Below, in pieces: positions 1 to 15,939 of a stretch of 64,000 nucleotides of DNA. The notes beneath the pieces were generated by a model that worked only from the letters and a program-made list of their open reading frames with translations, ran no database searches and was not told the origin of the DNA. The stretch covers positions 67,394,001 to 67,458,000 of the forward strand of contig OX597822.1 of the NCBI GenBank assembly GCA_951406725.2, written 5' to 3'. The stretch comes from Octopus vulgaris (taxonomy: Eukaryota). Position 1 is the stretch's first letter, and each line of letters starts with the position of its first letter. Position numbers and translations under genes: made by a program.

Positions 1-1031
1 CTGTAGAGGGATTATGACATATCGGCAAATCATTCTAACGTCCTGCAAAATATAAACACATACATACATTCATATATACATACATATATACACAAAAAGA
101 GCACATCATATACGCAGCTATGCACACTTATAAATGTTTGATGATACGCCATTATGCATGTTTCTATATTTATATGTATACAAGAGCGTATATTTTTTCA
201 GAAGTGATCGATTTTTAACCGTAACCTGTGCAAATATTTTTAAATATGTCTTTACATTTATATGCACATGGTTTTACACACACACACACACTGACACAAA
301 CAGTCGCTCACTCAAGCACACATTCGCACAAACACACACTCACAAAAACATACATTGACACAAACACGCACACACACATACACACCCACATGTATATGTA
401 AATGTCTGTTTATGTATGTTCATGTGCATCTATACATTAAAGTGATCACACATGTGCCTATGCATAATTATGTGTGATTTCCTGGCATTTAATGGAGTGA
501 ACGCAATGCTAGAAAACTATTCCCCCATCTCATTCCAATGAAGCGATGATGGATTTCCATGGTACAACCGGAAACACGCATTGTTTACCACCTTAGCTTA
601 TATTAAAAGTTATATGGAATAAAGTTACAATTTCCTATGACGTAACAACTGTTTCGGTGCTTGTTTAGAAATTCATGTTGTGTAATAACTATCGGGGAAG
701 AACGCCTACAGATTTATTTCTGTGACGTCAAATTTTTGTCCAAGTTAATTACAATTTCTTACAATGCTATGTTCATCTAGCACCGACTTTGGCATCGTAT
801 ATTTCGGAAATTGCATGCAGCTTCCTTATTTGTTAAGTGTATTTAAGCGCCACCATGTTTAATCATAAATGCAAACAACTGCACACACGCAGACATATTA
901 TCGTATGAATATATGTATCCGTGAGTTTGCATACATATGTGTATGAATGTGTGCGTGTGTGTATGCATACATACATATTTACACATATATATAAATATAT
1001 ATCCATACATTAATATATATATATATATATA

Positions 1032-1087
<56 letters not shown>

Positions 1088-1214
1088 TACATGTATATTT
1101 ATAGATACATATAAATATATGTATCCATCCATATAAATATATATATATTTGTATGTATAAATGTATATATATATATATATATGAGTACATCTCCGTAACA
1201 CCTTCCACGCTGCA

Positions 1215-1247
<33 letters not shown>

Positions 1248-1884
1248 TGCACATACACACACAGAAGTACGCATGTGGTTATATATATGTTTATGTGCGG
1301 TTATGCGCGCGTGTGCGTACGTGTATGTTTGTGCATGTGTATGGTGTGCATGTGTATGTGTGTGTATCTGTGTGTGTGTGTGTGTGTGCGTGAATTTTAT
1401 CTCTGTGTTTGCGTGTGTCTCTGTGTGTATATGAGTGCATGTCCTTGTGTCTGTGTGCGTGTGTCTAAAGTGAACATTTTCAATGCTGTTTGGAAATGAG
1501 TGTTCCAAGTTTCACTCAAACTTATTTTTCGGAGAACCAGTAAAGTATTTTTTTTTTTACTGCTTTCTTACACTATAACACAATAAACACTATAGAGAAT
1601 GGAAGGAAAAGTCAGAGAACTACTTATTACACTGAAATGAGTTGGGGAAGTGGTCATACTAAAAAAAAGGAGTACCCGGAAGCAAAAACAAAATGATTCG
1701 TGTAGAGGCGAACTTAGACCCGGGAAGATAATATGGATAAGAAGATTGGATGTAATTCGAACCACAAGCATATAAGAAATATACAAACACCTGTTGTATT
1801 CTTTGAATACAACTCGTTTTATTCTGCTGCAACGATGTAGTGAAAGTTCGATATTTTCAGATATACCCACCTTTATATAGGCAA

Positions 1885-2130
1885 CCCAACTATTCTGATA
1901 GGATATGCTAATGCCACGAAATTAGCGAAAGCAATCGAGATACCTGTTTGTATTACACACCTACAATAAGACCTAAATGCAAGAGCCAAGCGGCCTCTGG
2001 TAAACTACTAAAATTTTAATGCTGGAAAAATGTACTATCCGGACACACATGTACATAGCACAATCAGGAGAAACTGAATGAGAATGGATTACGGAGGCAA
2101 TGACAAGAAAATGCGTAACCTGCGAATCAA
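1885..2130 (+). mobile_element. Highly decayed CR1-group LINE reverse transcriptase fragment
   Basis: Translation GYANATKLAKAI...LQ*DLNA...NFNAGK resembles the YADDTKL...LQxDLxxL...FNxxKC segment of CR1/L2 RTs; stops present. Confidence 0.5.
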
Positions 2131-2141
2131 GGTAATAAGCC

Positions 2142-2357
2142 CTTCTACAACAGGCACAAGGCTTGAAATTTGGGAGAGGGGACTAGTCGATTAGATCGAT
2201 ACCAGTGTTTCACTGGTAATTATTTCAGCGACCCTGAAAGGATAAAAGGCGAAATCGAACCTGGCGGAATCTGAACTCTGAACACAGAAAGTAGGGACGG
2301 GCGAAATGCGGCTCAGTATATCATCCAGCGAGCTGACGATTCTGCCAATTAGCCACC

Positions 2358-2360
<3 letters not shown>
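2142..2360 (-). mobile_element. tRNA-derived SINE family B, diverged copy next to a (TAA)n/(TGA)n tract
   Basis: Matches the family core accccgaaaggatgaaaggcaaagtcgacctcggcggaatttgaactcagaac repeated many times in the window. Confidence 0.8.
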
Positions 2361-2446
<86 letters not shown>

Positions 2447-2590
2447 CCTTTAGGTTATTGGCACAAGGCCTGAAATTTTGGGTAGGAAAGTAGTCGATCA
2501 CATCGATCCCAGTCTTTCACTGGTACTTATTTCATCGACCCCGAAAGGATGAAAGGCAAAGTCGACCCCGACGGAATTTGAACTGAGAAC
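2447..2590 (-). mobile_element. SINE family B, head-truncated
   Basis: ggcacaaggcctgaaatttt...cgaccccgaaaggatgaaaggcaaagtcgac. Confidence 0.8.
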
Positions 2591-3094
2591 TAAACTAATG
2601 GCGACATACTACAAACAAGCTGCTGGTTCGAACTAAGACTCTAATCCACCGAGTTAAAACTGGGAAGATAAGAAAACTGCTATATTTACAAAACTATGAA
2701 GTAAAAGTTGACCCACTCAAATAAACACAACTAATCACAAAGTTTTACAGGTTTCACTGATAACCTCCATCTTCGCAAAGCATTCGGATTAAATCTCATA
2801 TCACCGACTATAAGTAAAAAAAAAATTTGTTGACCAACTAATCTTTCCACCTATCTATATTCTTTAGTGAACTATTAAAAAATCTATGAACTAAAAGCTG
2901 ACACATCTGTATAAACACACCTAATTATAAGGGTTTAAAAGCTGGATAGAACTCTGAACTGCTTAACCTCAGTATTCTTAAAACAAAAGCTCAATATCTC
3001 ATCGTTATACAAGTAAAGTCAACAACAACTAAACCTTGAGACGCATCTTTTTACCAGATAAACTTTTCTCCTAACTAGACACCTGTTGTAACGT

Positions 3095-3400
3095 CCTGTT
3101 ATTTGTATTTGTGTAATATTCTCCATTTTTTCCGTCCTTGTTTTCGTATACATTCGCTGCTTTCTTCCAAGGAATCTAATGCTCTTAGCTTATTTTTTCC
3201 TTCGGGCTGGCCAGATTGGAGCAATCTCGAGTATAATCAGCCGAAATTGCAAAGTAATCTTTAACCCGACTGAGGAAAGAAAACGCCGAATGACACGTCA
3301 TTGTTTTCTTTGTATCGTCTATCTGAATGTTTTGTTGTCCCTTTTTTGTATCACCTAACTGTCTGGATGTTTTGCGTTCTTGTCCCATTTTGTATTTTTT
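3095..3400 (+). repeat. Interspersed repeat of unknown class, second copy at 58400-58690 (-)
   Basis: ttccaaggaatctaatgctcttagcttattttttcc...gctggccagatt is shared in reverse complement with 58580-58630. Confidence 0.7.
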
Positions 3401-3758
3401 ACATATATATTCTTTTGTAAGCCATTGAAACACAATCAAATAAATGTAGTTGGCACACCTAAATAGACACACCTAATTACAAAGTATTGCATGCATGACT
3501 GAAGTCGAAAAAGAAAGCAATTTCAAATGTCATCGATAAAAATCTTCCGTAATAACTTTCAGTCAGAACCTATGCTCCAAACTCATCGCTCAACAGAAAT
3601 CCACCTACATTAGAAAATAACTATTTGTAAATCTCGCAACGAGAGATATTCAACAACAGTACTTTGGAGTAAAGATTGTTTGCCAACATAACATGGCAGT
3701 CCTGGTTTACGATCGTGTCGTATAGCCAGATGGAGACGATGTCTCCTGGGGCTAAATT

Positions 3759-3938
3759 CTTTTCTACTCTAGGCACAAGGCCAGAAAATTTTGGACGCAA
3801 CTGGTACTTATTTATCCACCCGGAAAGGATGAAAGGCAAAGCCGACCTCGGCGGAATTTGAACTCAGAACATAACGGCAGACGAAATACCGCTAAGCATT
3901 TCGCCCGGCGTGCTAACGTTTCTGCCAGCTCGCCGCCT
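3759..3938 (-). mobile_element. SINE family B with 19-bp target site duplication
   Basis: tgtctcctggggctaaatt at 3740-3758 and 3939-3957; tRNA-like head with box B (gagttcaaattcc) on the minus strand. Confidence 0.9.
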
Positions 3939-4378
3939 TGTCTCCTGGGGCTAAATTACAACAACAGACTGCCATGTTATGTTGGCAAATAATCTTTACT
4001 CCAGAAATCCACCTAGCCTGGAAAATGTTCACTTAACAGAGGCTAAATAAGGCCCAGATGATCACAGATGTGCGACTGTCCGATGACAGTATGCGCACAC
4101 GATTATATGAGTGCATGTAAGTGTATGTACATAGCGAGAGACAGAGAGGTGGGAGGAGAGAGAGAGCTTTTTTTTAAACTAGAGCCGAGAGTTTTGTCGT
4201 TTTTCAAGTTTCACGCGATGCTCACCTGGAGTTCGCCGTGGCGTGAAACTCTCTGCTTCGGTCATAATGAAATACGTATTGAGCATTCCTTTCTCATTTT
4301 CTCATTTTTTCGAATTTAAGCACCGTACGAAGTGCATATTCATATATCTACCTACGCGTATATATCAATTATATGTAT

Positions 4379-4423
<45 letters not shown>

Positions 4424-4487
4424 ATATATATATATATATACATACATATATATACATATATATATATATGTATATATATACATATGC

Positions 4488-4547
<60 letters not shown>

Positions 4548-5277
4548 CTTTACCCATAATTGTACATATGTTCGGTCTATGCGTGTGTGTGTGTGTGTGT
4601 ACATGTGTGTGCGCGCGCGTGCTTGTGGTGGAATGTCTTCTGTGCATATGCTCGTGTGTATATATATGCATACATATAAATATATATATATATGTGTGTG
4701 TGTTGCCGTGATCTTAAATGCGCGTCCGTGCCTGTGCGTGTGCGTGCCTGTGCGTATGCGTACATGCACGATATACGTGCGTGTGCTTGCGTGCGGTTCT
4801 GGTTGTACATGTGTACGTGTGTACGTGTGTGCGTGTACGTCCGGATGTTGTCAGCGCGCCTCTCCGTTTGATAACGTAACTTTGTAGAAATGTATATGAG
4901 CGCGCCTCTCTGCGCGTGTGTGTGTGTGTGTGTGTGTAAATGTATTCACGTGTTTGTACTTTTCGGTGTTAGCATGCGAAATTAAAAGCATCAGCAGAAC
5001 GGTAATAAAGAGGAAGCAGTGAAGGGTAGAGAATGTCTGTACTATGATATGAACCATGAAACAGAAATGTGTCCTTCGTGTTCTCTAATAGCTAACATGG
5101 CGGAGATACAGTTAATGCATGCAATTCAAACGGATTAAATGTAAAACAATACATGCCAATAGTTTAGGTCATGACATGCCATGTCAAACACAGTGCTGCA
5201 GAAGATATATCGATATATATATATATGTGTGTATATATGTGTGAGTATATGTGTACTATGTAAATATCTAGATATAT

Positions 5278-5373
<96 letters not shown>

Positions 5374-5388
5374 TTATATGAATGTGTA

Positions 5389-5546
5389 TACTCTTTTTAG
5401 TCTTTTACTTGTTTCAGTCATTTCACTGCAGCCATGCTGGAACACCGTCTTTTAGACCAGCAAATCGACCCCAGGACTTATTCTGTGTAAGCCTAGTACT
5501 TATTCTATCGGTATCTTTTGCCGAACTTCGAAGTTACGGGGGCGTA

Positions 5547-5606
<60 letters not shown>

Positions 5607-5762
5607 TGACAGGTTTCTTTCAGTTTCCAACTACCAAATCCACTCACAAAGCTTTGGTCGGCCCGAGGCTATAGTAGAAGACACTTGCCCCAGGTGCAAC
5701 GCAGTGGGACTGAACCCGGAACCATGTGGTTTGTAAGGAAGCTACTTACCACACAGCCACTC
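5389..5762 (-). mobile_element. tRNA-derived SINE family A with internal deletion
   Basis: Head gagtggctgtgtggtaag...gggttcagtccc, internal (TA)n and tail actgaaacaagtaaaaga; matches other copies. Confidence 0.9.
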
Positions 5763-5849
5763 ATATGAGAATGTATAAACATCTATGCGCATAAATGTAT
5801 TAATAGACAGATAGATAGGTATACATGTGTTTATATATATATACGCGAT

Positions 5850-6127
5850 GGACACTCCTGTCGAATACATATGAGCGTTCAGTTGTTGCCAAACGACCTA
5901 CACAAATAATTTGTTTATAGTGATCAAATGTTTGTGCTACACATTAATCGATGTGTACCTGAGCAAGTGCACTGTGCAACAAGCGTCAGCTGTCGAAGTG
6001 ATCGCAGAGCAACATAAAAAGAAGTGTTTTGCTCAAGAAAACGGCCCACTACCCGGTCTAGGAATTGAAACCACGATCTTGCGATCGCGAGTGCAACAGC
6101 GTGACGTTTAGGCCATGCGCCCTCACA
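5850..6127 (-). mobile_element. tRNA-derived SINE of a third family, diverged
   Basis: Reverse complement reads tgtgagggcgcatggcctaa...gatcgtggtttcaattcctagacc...cttgagcaaaacactt; related to 29498-29830 and 53281-53637. Confidence 0.65.
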
Positions 6128-6146
6128 TTTACATGTAAACGTGTGT

Positions 6147-6202
<56 letters not shown>

Positions 6203-6319
6203 ACATGCATATATTTATAATATGTTTGTGTAGGCATGATAAAAATTAAGTTATACTTTTGTAATTAAATATAAACATGATACATACCACATAATTGAGC
6301 GAAAGATTTGGTCCCTCTC

Positions 6320-6422
6320 GGGGTCGTTTGAATAAATACCAGTTACGCACTGGGGTCGATGCAATCGACTTAAGCCCTCCCCTATAAAATTTGAAGTCTT
6401 GTGCTTCTAGTAGAAAATATTA
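6320..6422 (+). mobile_element. SINE family B 3' fragment
   Basis: ggggtcg...taccagttacgcactggggtcgat...cttgtgc. Confidence 0.7.
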
Positions 6423-6429
6423 TTTTTGG

Positions 6430-6749
6430 TCATTGGACAACATACTGATCGGGATACAGCACAAAATACTGTAACCGTTTGGGTTTCTGACATGCAGCTT
6501 TTCACTATCGTCCCAAAACGTCTGAAGGACCTAAAAGCGGTGGATGTAGTTATCTTCATAACAAAACTAGATCTCCTCCTGTCAAGGATTCCGGATAAGC
6601 CTACCATGTGGTAGGAAACACAGATAAGGGTAGCAACATCAAATTCCCTCGTTCTCCAAATGCCACATAGAGGAGGTTGCAAGTAATGACAGTGTAGCAA
6701 AGATAATGACGGTGCCCCAGCTTGGACGCAGCTCTCCAGCTGAAACTAG
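6430..6749 (+). mobile_element. CR1-group LINE 3' end fragment, same family as 24203-25040
   Basis: QLFTIVPKRLKDLKAVDVVIFITKLDLLLSRIPDKPT followed by 3' UTR ggtgccccagcttggacgcagctctccagctgaaac. Confidence 0.8.
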
Positions 6750-7090
6750 TGGCAGTGTGGTAAGAAGCTTGCTTCTAAACCACATGGTTCTGGGTTCAGT
6801 CCCACTGCGTGGCACCTACTGTAAGTGTTTTCTACTATAGCCTCGGGTCGAGCAAAAGCTTGTGAGTGGATTTGGTAGGCGGAAACTGAAATAAACCCGT
6901 CGTATATATACATATGGCGTTTGAATGTGTTTGTGTTTGTGTTTGTCCCTCCCACCTTCACTGATAACCGATATTGGTGTGTTTACGTCCTCGAACCTTA
7001 GTGGTTCTGTAAAAGAGAGCAATAGAATAAGTACTAGGCTTACAAAGAATAAGTACTCTAGCATGGCTGCAGTCAAATGATTTTAATAAA
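6749..7090 (+). mobile_element. SINE family A
   Basis: Head, body and shortened tail match other copies. Confidence 0.85.
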
Positions 7091-7124
7091 CGACTTAAAT
7101 AAATGAAACAATAAAAGGATAGAC

Positions 7125-7201
<77 letters not shown>

Positions 7202-7654
7202 TAGACATTATGAATACACACATATATATGTATGTATGCACTCATATATTTATATACGTGCTGGCATACATAAACGCACACGCCTATACGCACGCACACA
7301 TTAGTTTCATACCCAAACACGTAATTGCTCAGACATACACACACATGCCACTGGTATCTCCATAAGCATCCAAACCCCAAGTCAACTTCAGAATTGTCTC
7401 CCTTGCTACTCATACCGGTAACGCTATTTTCCTCTTCGGGTTACTTCAGCATGCAGTGACTGTCTAGATAAGACGTGTTGATTCTCCCTTTTCTATTTCT
7501 TTCTCTACTAGTCTATTATCTCTGCAGAAGAGTGTATGCTCGAAATGTAAATGTTTCCTGATTTTCTTGAAAGTAAACCTGTTTTCTTGAAAATAATACG
7601 CTGCTTTGTTTACTTTTTATTTTGATTTGTCTTCCTATCTTTTATACTTTTGTA

Positions 7655-7692
<38 letters not shown>

Positions 7693-7846
7693 GGGTGTGT
7701 GTGTGTGTGTGTGTGTGTTTGTATGTATGTAGGTGTATTTATATATATGTATGTATATTACATATACTCCAGCATGGCCACAGTCAAATAACTGAAACAA
7801 GTAAAAGAGTAAAAGAGATGCATGTGTGTGTTTAAATATATATATA

Positions 7847-7891
<45 letters not shown>

Positions 7892-8948
7892 GTGTGTGTA
7901 TAATGAATGTATATTACACGCAAGCTGACATTTTGTCCTGAAGAAAAACTAAATGACATACACGAAGCGAAAACAGGAAACATTGTATAAATAGAAATAA
8001 ATAAAATATTGCCCTCGCCTTCAGCCATTTAGCTTATGATGCCAGGTTTTAAATAATAAACAAGGAAATATTTTAAAGTGTAGAGAGTGTCAGCAAATAA
8101 ACCCCAACTGGGGTGTGTTAGAATACTAGAATACATGATATATTTTTGTCTTTTTTTTTTTGCCTGAAGGGACCTCGTAGCAGTTTATAGCAATATTTTG
8201 CTGCAGATGTCATAAAGCTGCTGGTGATACGTTAAGGGAAGTAAGACTGGCAGGAGAGATATTCTAGAAAGATGCAAGACGGAAAGTTCTGATCTTGTGG
8301 TAGGGTAATGCCGTACAAATGCCCGGAGAGAATGAAGCGATTTGCTTGTCGTTACCGAGAACATGGCGTAAGCTGAGTGATATGTCAGGCATTTCTGATT
8401 TGTACATGGCGACTTACAGTACATGTCAGCATATTTTCTCATTAATATGCACGGATAATCTTCATATGTACACAAGCGTGCACAAGTTAAAGCACTCAGA
8501 CAACCTCATACACAAGCAGAAATACACAAACACATACATAGATAAATACATATATAAGCTTCGTATATGTATACGTATATGTTTATACACACGCGTATGT
8601 GGATGTATTTATCTATTACATAAAATACGTTCTGTCTGTCTGTGTATGTGTCTTCTCAGATCTCGGGCATCCTCCATCCGATTGCGCTCAAATTTGATAT
8701 GTAGATACCGACGGTATCAGGGCGTGTCTTGACAAAATTACAAAAATCGTTTCCAGGTGAGAATGCGATCGATAAAGCCGTGAGAACGTGCATTTGTACG
8801 CTCAAGTACATCAGCTGTTGTGATGTACTTGCTGGTATTTTAAACTCTTCGGTTGCATATTTGTGTGAATAAGATCGTTTTTCTTTGGAATAGAAAAAAA
8901 GACTATCTTTATTCCTTCTTTTGCTGGTGTCTCAAATTTAGGTTAAAT

Positions 8949-9008
8949 CAGTGTTTCTCAAAGGGGAGGCCTATGGGACGGTCGGACAAGTTGTTTTGAG
9001 AAACTTTG
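8949..9008. mobile_element. Tiny hAT-type MITE (60 bp)
   Basis: TIRs cagtgtttctcaaa / tttgagaaactttg; 8-bp flanks ggttaaat and gtttaaat (one mismatch). Confidence 0.55.
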
Positions 9009-9154
9009 GTTTAAATGTTTGACAACTCAGCACTGACCATTGGACGGGGGACGTTTTGCTCGTGTGTATATATATATTTAGGGAGAAGAGGAGTAGGGAG
9101 GAAGATACAGAGACATTTGTGAGCAACATATTCTAATGAAAACATACGATATTT

Positions 9155-9540
9155 TCTTTCCTATTCGGGAAACAAGATCAGAAATTTTGGGGGTGGAGGC
9201 CGGTCAATTAGATCAATACCAGAGCGTAACTGGTACTTATTTAATCGACCCCGAAATGATGAAAGGCAAAGTCGACCTCGGCGGAATTTGAACTCACCAC
9301 GTAGCGACAGACGAAATACCTATTTCTTTACTACCCACAAGAGGCTAAACATAGAGGGGACAAACAAGGACAGACAAACGGATTAGGTCGATTACATCGA
9401 CCCCAGTGCGTAACTGGTACTTAATTTATCGACCCCGAAAGGATGAAAGGCAAAGTCGACCTCGGTGGAATTTGAACTCAGAACGTAGCAGAAGAAATAC
9501 CGCTAAGCATTTCGCCCGGCGTGCTAACGTTTCACCGCCT
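9155..9540 (-). mobile_element. SINE family B tandem dimer
   Basis: Two cores joined at gacgaaatac|ctatttctttactaccc near 9320. Confidence 0.9.
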
Positions 9541-9980
9541 TGTGAACATCATTTATTAAAAGAAACTCATAATTCTTTAATCCATAATTCTTGAGAATAT
9601 CTTCACGTGAAGAAGAATGTATTAAAATTATTAAAAATAATCCTCAGTTCAGCTATAATTCCAACGACAACCAGCACGCGAACATACTATAGTGAAGCTT
9701 CTCTTTCCATCACTTGTCATTTACTTAAATATCTGTTGTCGTTTCAAATATACATGTTTCTTTTCTGGCTATTTGCTTATAAATTATCACTAACGGGTCA
9801 AATTTATCCCTCATCACACGCAATCTGATGGTCAGAAATTTGGAAGGCTAACAATGAGATGCGAAGCACCAGCCTCTACTATTTTCATTAACACTCCTTA
9901 CATAGAAATGTGGGTTTGTTTCAACTTTCTTGTCTGTGCTTACGTACACTCTGACTCCTTCCTATATTATTTTCTTTAAT

Positions 9981-10179
9981 TCTTTTACTTGTTTCAGTGA
10001 TTTGACTGCGGCCATGCCGGAGTACCACTTTAGTCGTACGATTCGACCCCAGGACATCTTCTTGGTAAGCCTAGTAATTATTCTATCGGTCTCTTTGGCC
10101 GAACCGCTAAGTTACGGGGATGTAAACACACCAACATCCGTTATCAAGTTATGGTGCAGGGAGAAACACAGACACACAA

Positions 10180-10214
<35 letters not shown>

Positions 10215-10375
10215 CGACGGGCTTCTTTCAGTTTCCGTCTACCAAATCCACTCGCAAGGCTTTGGTCGGGCCGAGGCTATAGTAGAAGACACTTACCCAA
10301 AGTGCCAATCAGTGGGACTGAACCTGGAACCATGTGATTGGGAAGCAAGCTTCTTACCACACAGCCACAGCCTGC
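9981..10375 (-). mobile_element. SINE family A, near full length
   Basis: Matches other copies from tail to head. Confidence 0.9.
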
Positions 10376-11469
10376 ACACACCCCACACACACATCTATTA
10401 TTTATATATTTAGATATGAGTATATGTCTGTGTGTGTATGTGTTTGATGCTACATGCCCATATGAAGAACGTAGAATGTATATATACATATGCAGCAGAA
10501 ATATTTGGCAATTCCAAGTACAAACTCACTACTTACGAATCGAACCCAGATCACGTATAGATCACACAGCAAGTACTGACCACTGGTAGAACAGAATTAA
10601 CAATTCCCTCTTTTGGTACCATTCTCTTTGAAAGAAACAGCTATTTATAGATCTGGGGGGTTTTTCTGCTTAAATGTAATGCCTGTATTACATACCTACA
10701 TACATAGAAACATACATACATACATACATACATACATACATACATACATACATACATACATACATACATACATACATAATTAAACGGTGTAGTGAAGCCT
10801 TGTTCTAGACGCCGTTGTGGAACATTCATCCACGCATAGAATTAGAGTTTTCCGGAGATCTGATGGAAACCCCTTATGCGCATGCGCAATCATCAACAGC
10901 AGCTAGGTTTGACCACCCTATCATCCTTTTCGGCCCCGGCTTCTGACCGGACAGGATGCAACTTAGACCAGCTCCGTAGAGCTGGAAATTCTGACGGCGA
11001 GCGACGTTGCGAGTCTGTGAAAATGCCTTCGTATTTTTGTGTCTAACTACCAACCCTGCTGCTTCCACTCCAAGGCTTCCAGGCTACCGATGTCCAGAGA
11101 TGAAAGGTTTATTCAGGGGGAAATAAATTATTATTGTTATTTGTTCGGAGAGATCTTGACCTCGCCTTTTCCTTTCAAGAACCCATCCAGTGCCAACTCA
11201 TTTTCCTAAAACGGGTTTATGTGAAATAAAGTTACAGCAAATTAGAAGGGCTTATACAATAATCATGCAGACAATTGCTATTTTTTTCAAATGCTGTACC
11301 AACCCTATGCTAAGATAGAAGGCACCAAATTAACTTGATACTAAGAATGAAACATGAGCTCCAGGACTGTGGCGAAAATGTCGTTAGTACCCGTTACTCG
11401 ATGTAGCTTTATACTTTTATTGATATGTATAGACAGATTGACAGATTGATAGATAAGCATAGGAAGGCA

Positions 11470-14050
<2,581 letters not shown>

Positions 14051-14469
14051 TAGCCATACATACATGTGTGTGTGTGTGAGTGTGGGTGTACGTATGTGCT
14101 TGTGTGTATACTTATGGATATTCGTCGGTAAATACGTTAAGGGTGTATGTATATGTATATATGTATAACTATGTGCGTGAATTTGAGTATATATGCGAAG
14201 GTAAGCGTCTCTGTAGGGTGCGTACGTGTTGCGGAACATCCGCTTACACATATTTCCATGATTCTCGATGCAACCAATCGCATACTTTAAAAGTAAAGGT
14301 TTTCAAAGTTGAATCGGTTCCTTTTAAAGATATAAATGAGATACAAATGCTGAAAATTTATAAATACACTCACAGACAAGCGTACATACACACAATCGTT
14401 CTCACGTGCGCACATCAAGTGCATGATCGAAAGTCCCTATGTACTTACTCAAACTGCCACAAACAATTT

Positions 14470-15070
14470 TTCTTACTATAGGCACAAGTTCCTGCAATTT
14501 GTTGGGGGGAAAAAGGTTTAATCGACCTCAGAGCTTAAATGCCATTTATTTTACCGACAGGAGTGGCTGTGTGGTAAGTACCTTGCTCACCAACCACATG
14601 CTTCCGGATTCAGTCCCACTGTGTGGCACCTTGGGCAAGTGTCTTCTACTACATCCTCGTGCCGACCAAAGCCTTGTGAGTGGATTTGGAAGACGGAAAC
14701 TGAAAGAAGCCCGTCGTATATATACATATCTATATATATGTATGTTTGTGTATATGCCTGTGTGTCTGTTTTTGTCCCCCCAACATCGCTTGACAACTGA
14801 TGTTGGTGTGTTTACGTCATCGTAACATTAGCGGTTCGGCCAAAGAGACCGATAGGATAAGTACTAGGCTTACAAAGAATAATTCCTGGAGTCGATTTGC
14901 TCGACTAAAGGCGGTGCTCTAGCATGGCCGCAGTCAAATGACTGAAACAAGTAAATAAAAGACAGCGAAAGGATGAAATATGAAAGTGACCTCGGCACCA
15001 TTAGAACTCACAATGTAGCACTGGAAGAATTTATCCACTATGCCACTGCTTCTCCCAGTTCGCTGGCTTA
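14470..15070 (-). mobile_element. Old SINE family B copy interrupted by a family A insertion
   Basis: B sequence stops at ttaccgac (14558) and resumes at gacagcgaaaggatgaaa (14961). Confidence 0.7.
14558..14960 (+). mobile_element. SINE family A, full length
   Basis: caggagtggctgtgtggtaag ... ggccgcagtcaaatgactgaaacaagtaaa. Confidence 0.92.
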
Positions 15071-15939
15071 ACCCAGTGCAAATAATAGCGAAATATCTCC
15101 GAAAGACAGTTTCCCTACCGTTAAAAAGAATGAAGGAAAATTAGCTTAGAATACGTCGGTCTAGATACATTAACTTTAGAGGAACATTATATGGACACAC
15201 CCAGAAAGTTCTTGGTCATAATTCTGTATATTTGGGATCAATTTTAGAATACATATGAACAGTGATTTTAACATGCCAGAAGGCCTCCGTTATTCAGGCC
15301 TAGGTAATAGGTTTTTGAGGAAGACTTCCACTTCCTTGTCTATGAAATTCTTTTCTCTACAAGCGACCCAGGATTATCCAAAGAAAAAGCCGTTAACGTG
15401 GGCTGATACGAGTTGGCTCTAATGTTGTCGACAGCTTTGCTGTCAGCACACGAAGAACTGCCTCAACGTATCTTGTGCAACCCGATTCCACATTTGACAA
15501 TGCACTGCTCTGCATTAGTTATTTTATATCGACCTCAAAATAATGAAATGCAATCTTTATCTCGGCGGACTTTCAGATCTGAGCGCAGAGAATCGGCACA
15601 AAATACATCAAATACATTATCCAACGTCCTAACAACTCTACCAACTTGTCAACTCGACGTTAATTTTTTATCTACACACACACACGCACGCACTCACACA
15701 CACACACACACACACATTCAGGTCTGTGTACACCGAGCATTTTTGCATGAATGTACTTGCTTTTAAGTCTCATAAACCTCTAATGAATAAACTACACAAC
15801 TCAACAGACATTTTGCTATCCATAGGTTTTTATCTGATTTTAAGGCTTTTATTTTTAATATTCTAAGTCCAAAAATGGAAGTCAGTTTTAACATCACGTC
15901 TAGATTTCAAGGTACCTAAACCCGAACCTCAATCATCGG

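Noticed and set aside
636-730. GAAACAGTTGT stem III-like motif on the minus strand
   Set aside because: No CUGANGA core upstream
1795-1870. Minus-strand CTGAAAA...AAAACGAGT hammerhead-like remnant
   Set aside because: Two core positions are altered and stem II is unclear
3260-3305. CTGAGGA...CGAAT in the 3095/58400 repeat
   Set aside because: Lacks A15.1 and a stem I in both copies
8185-8440. Possible RT remnant (FAADVIKL)
   Set aside because: Single weak motif without supporting neighbours
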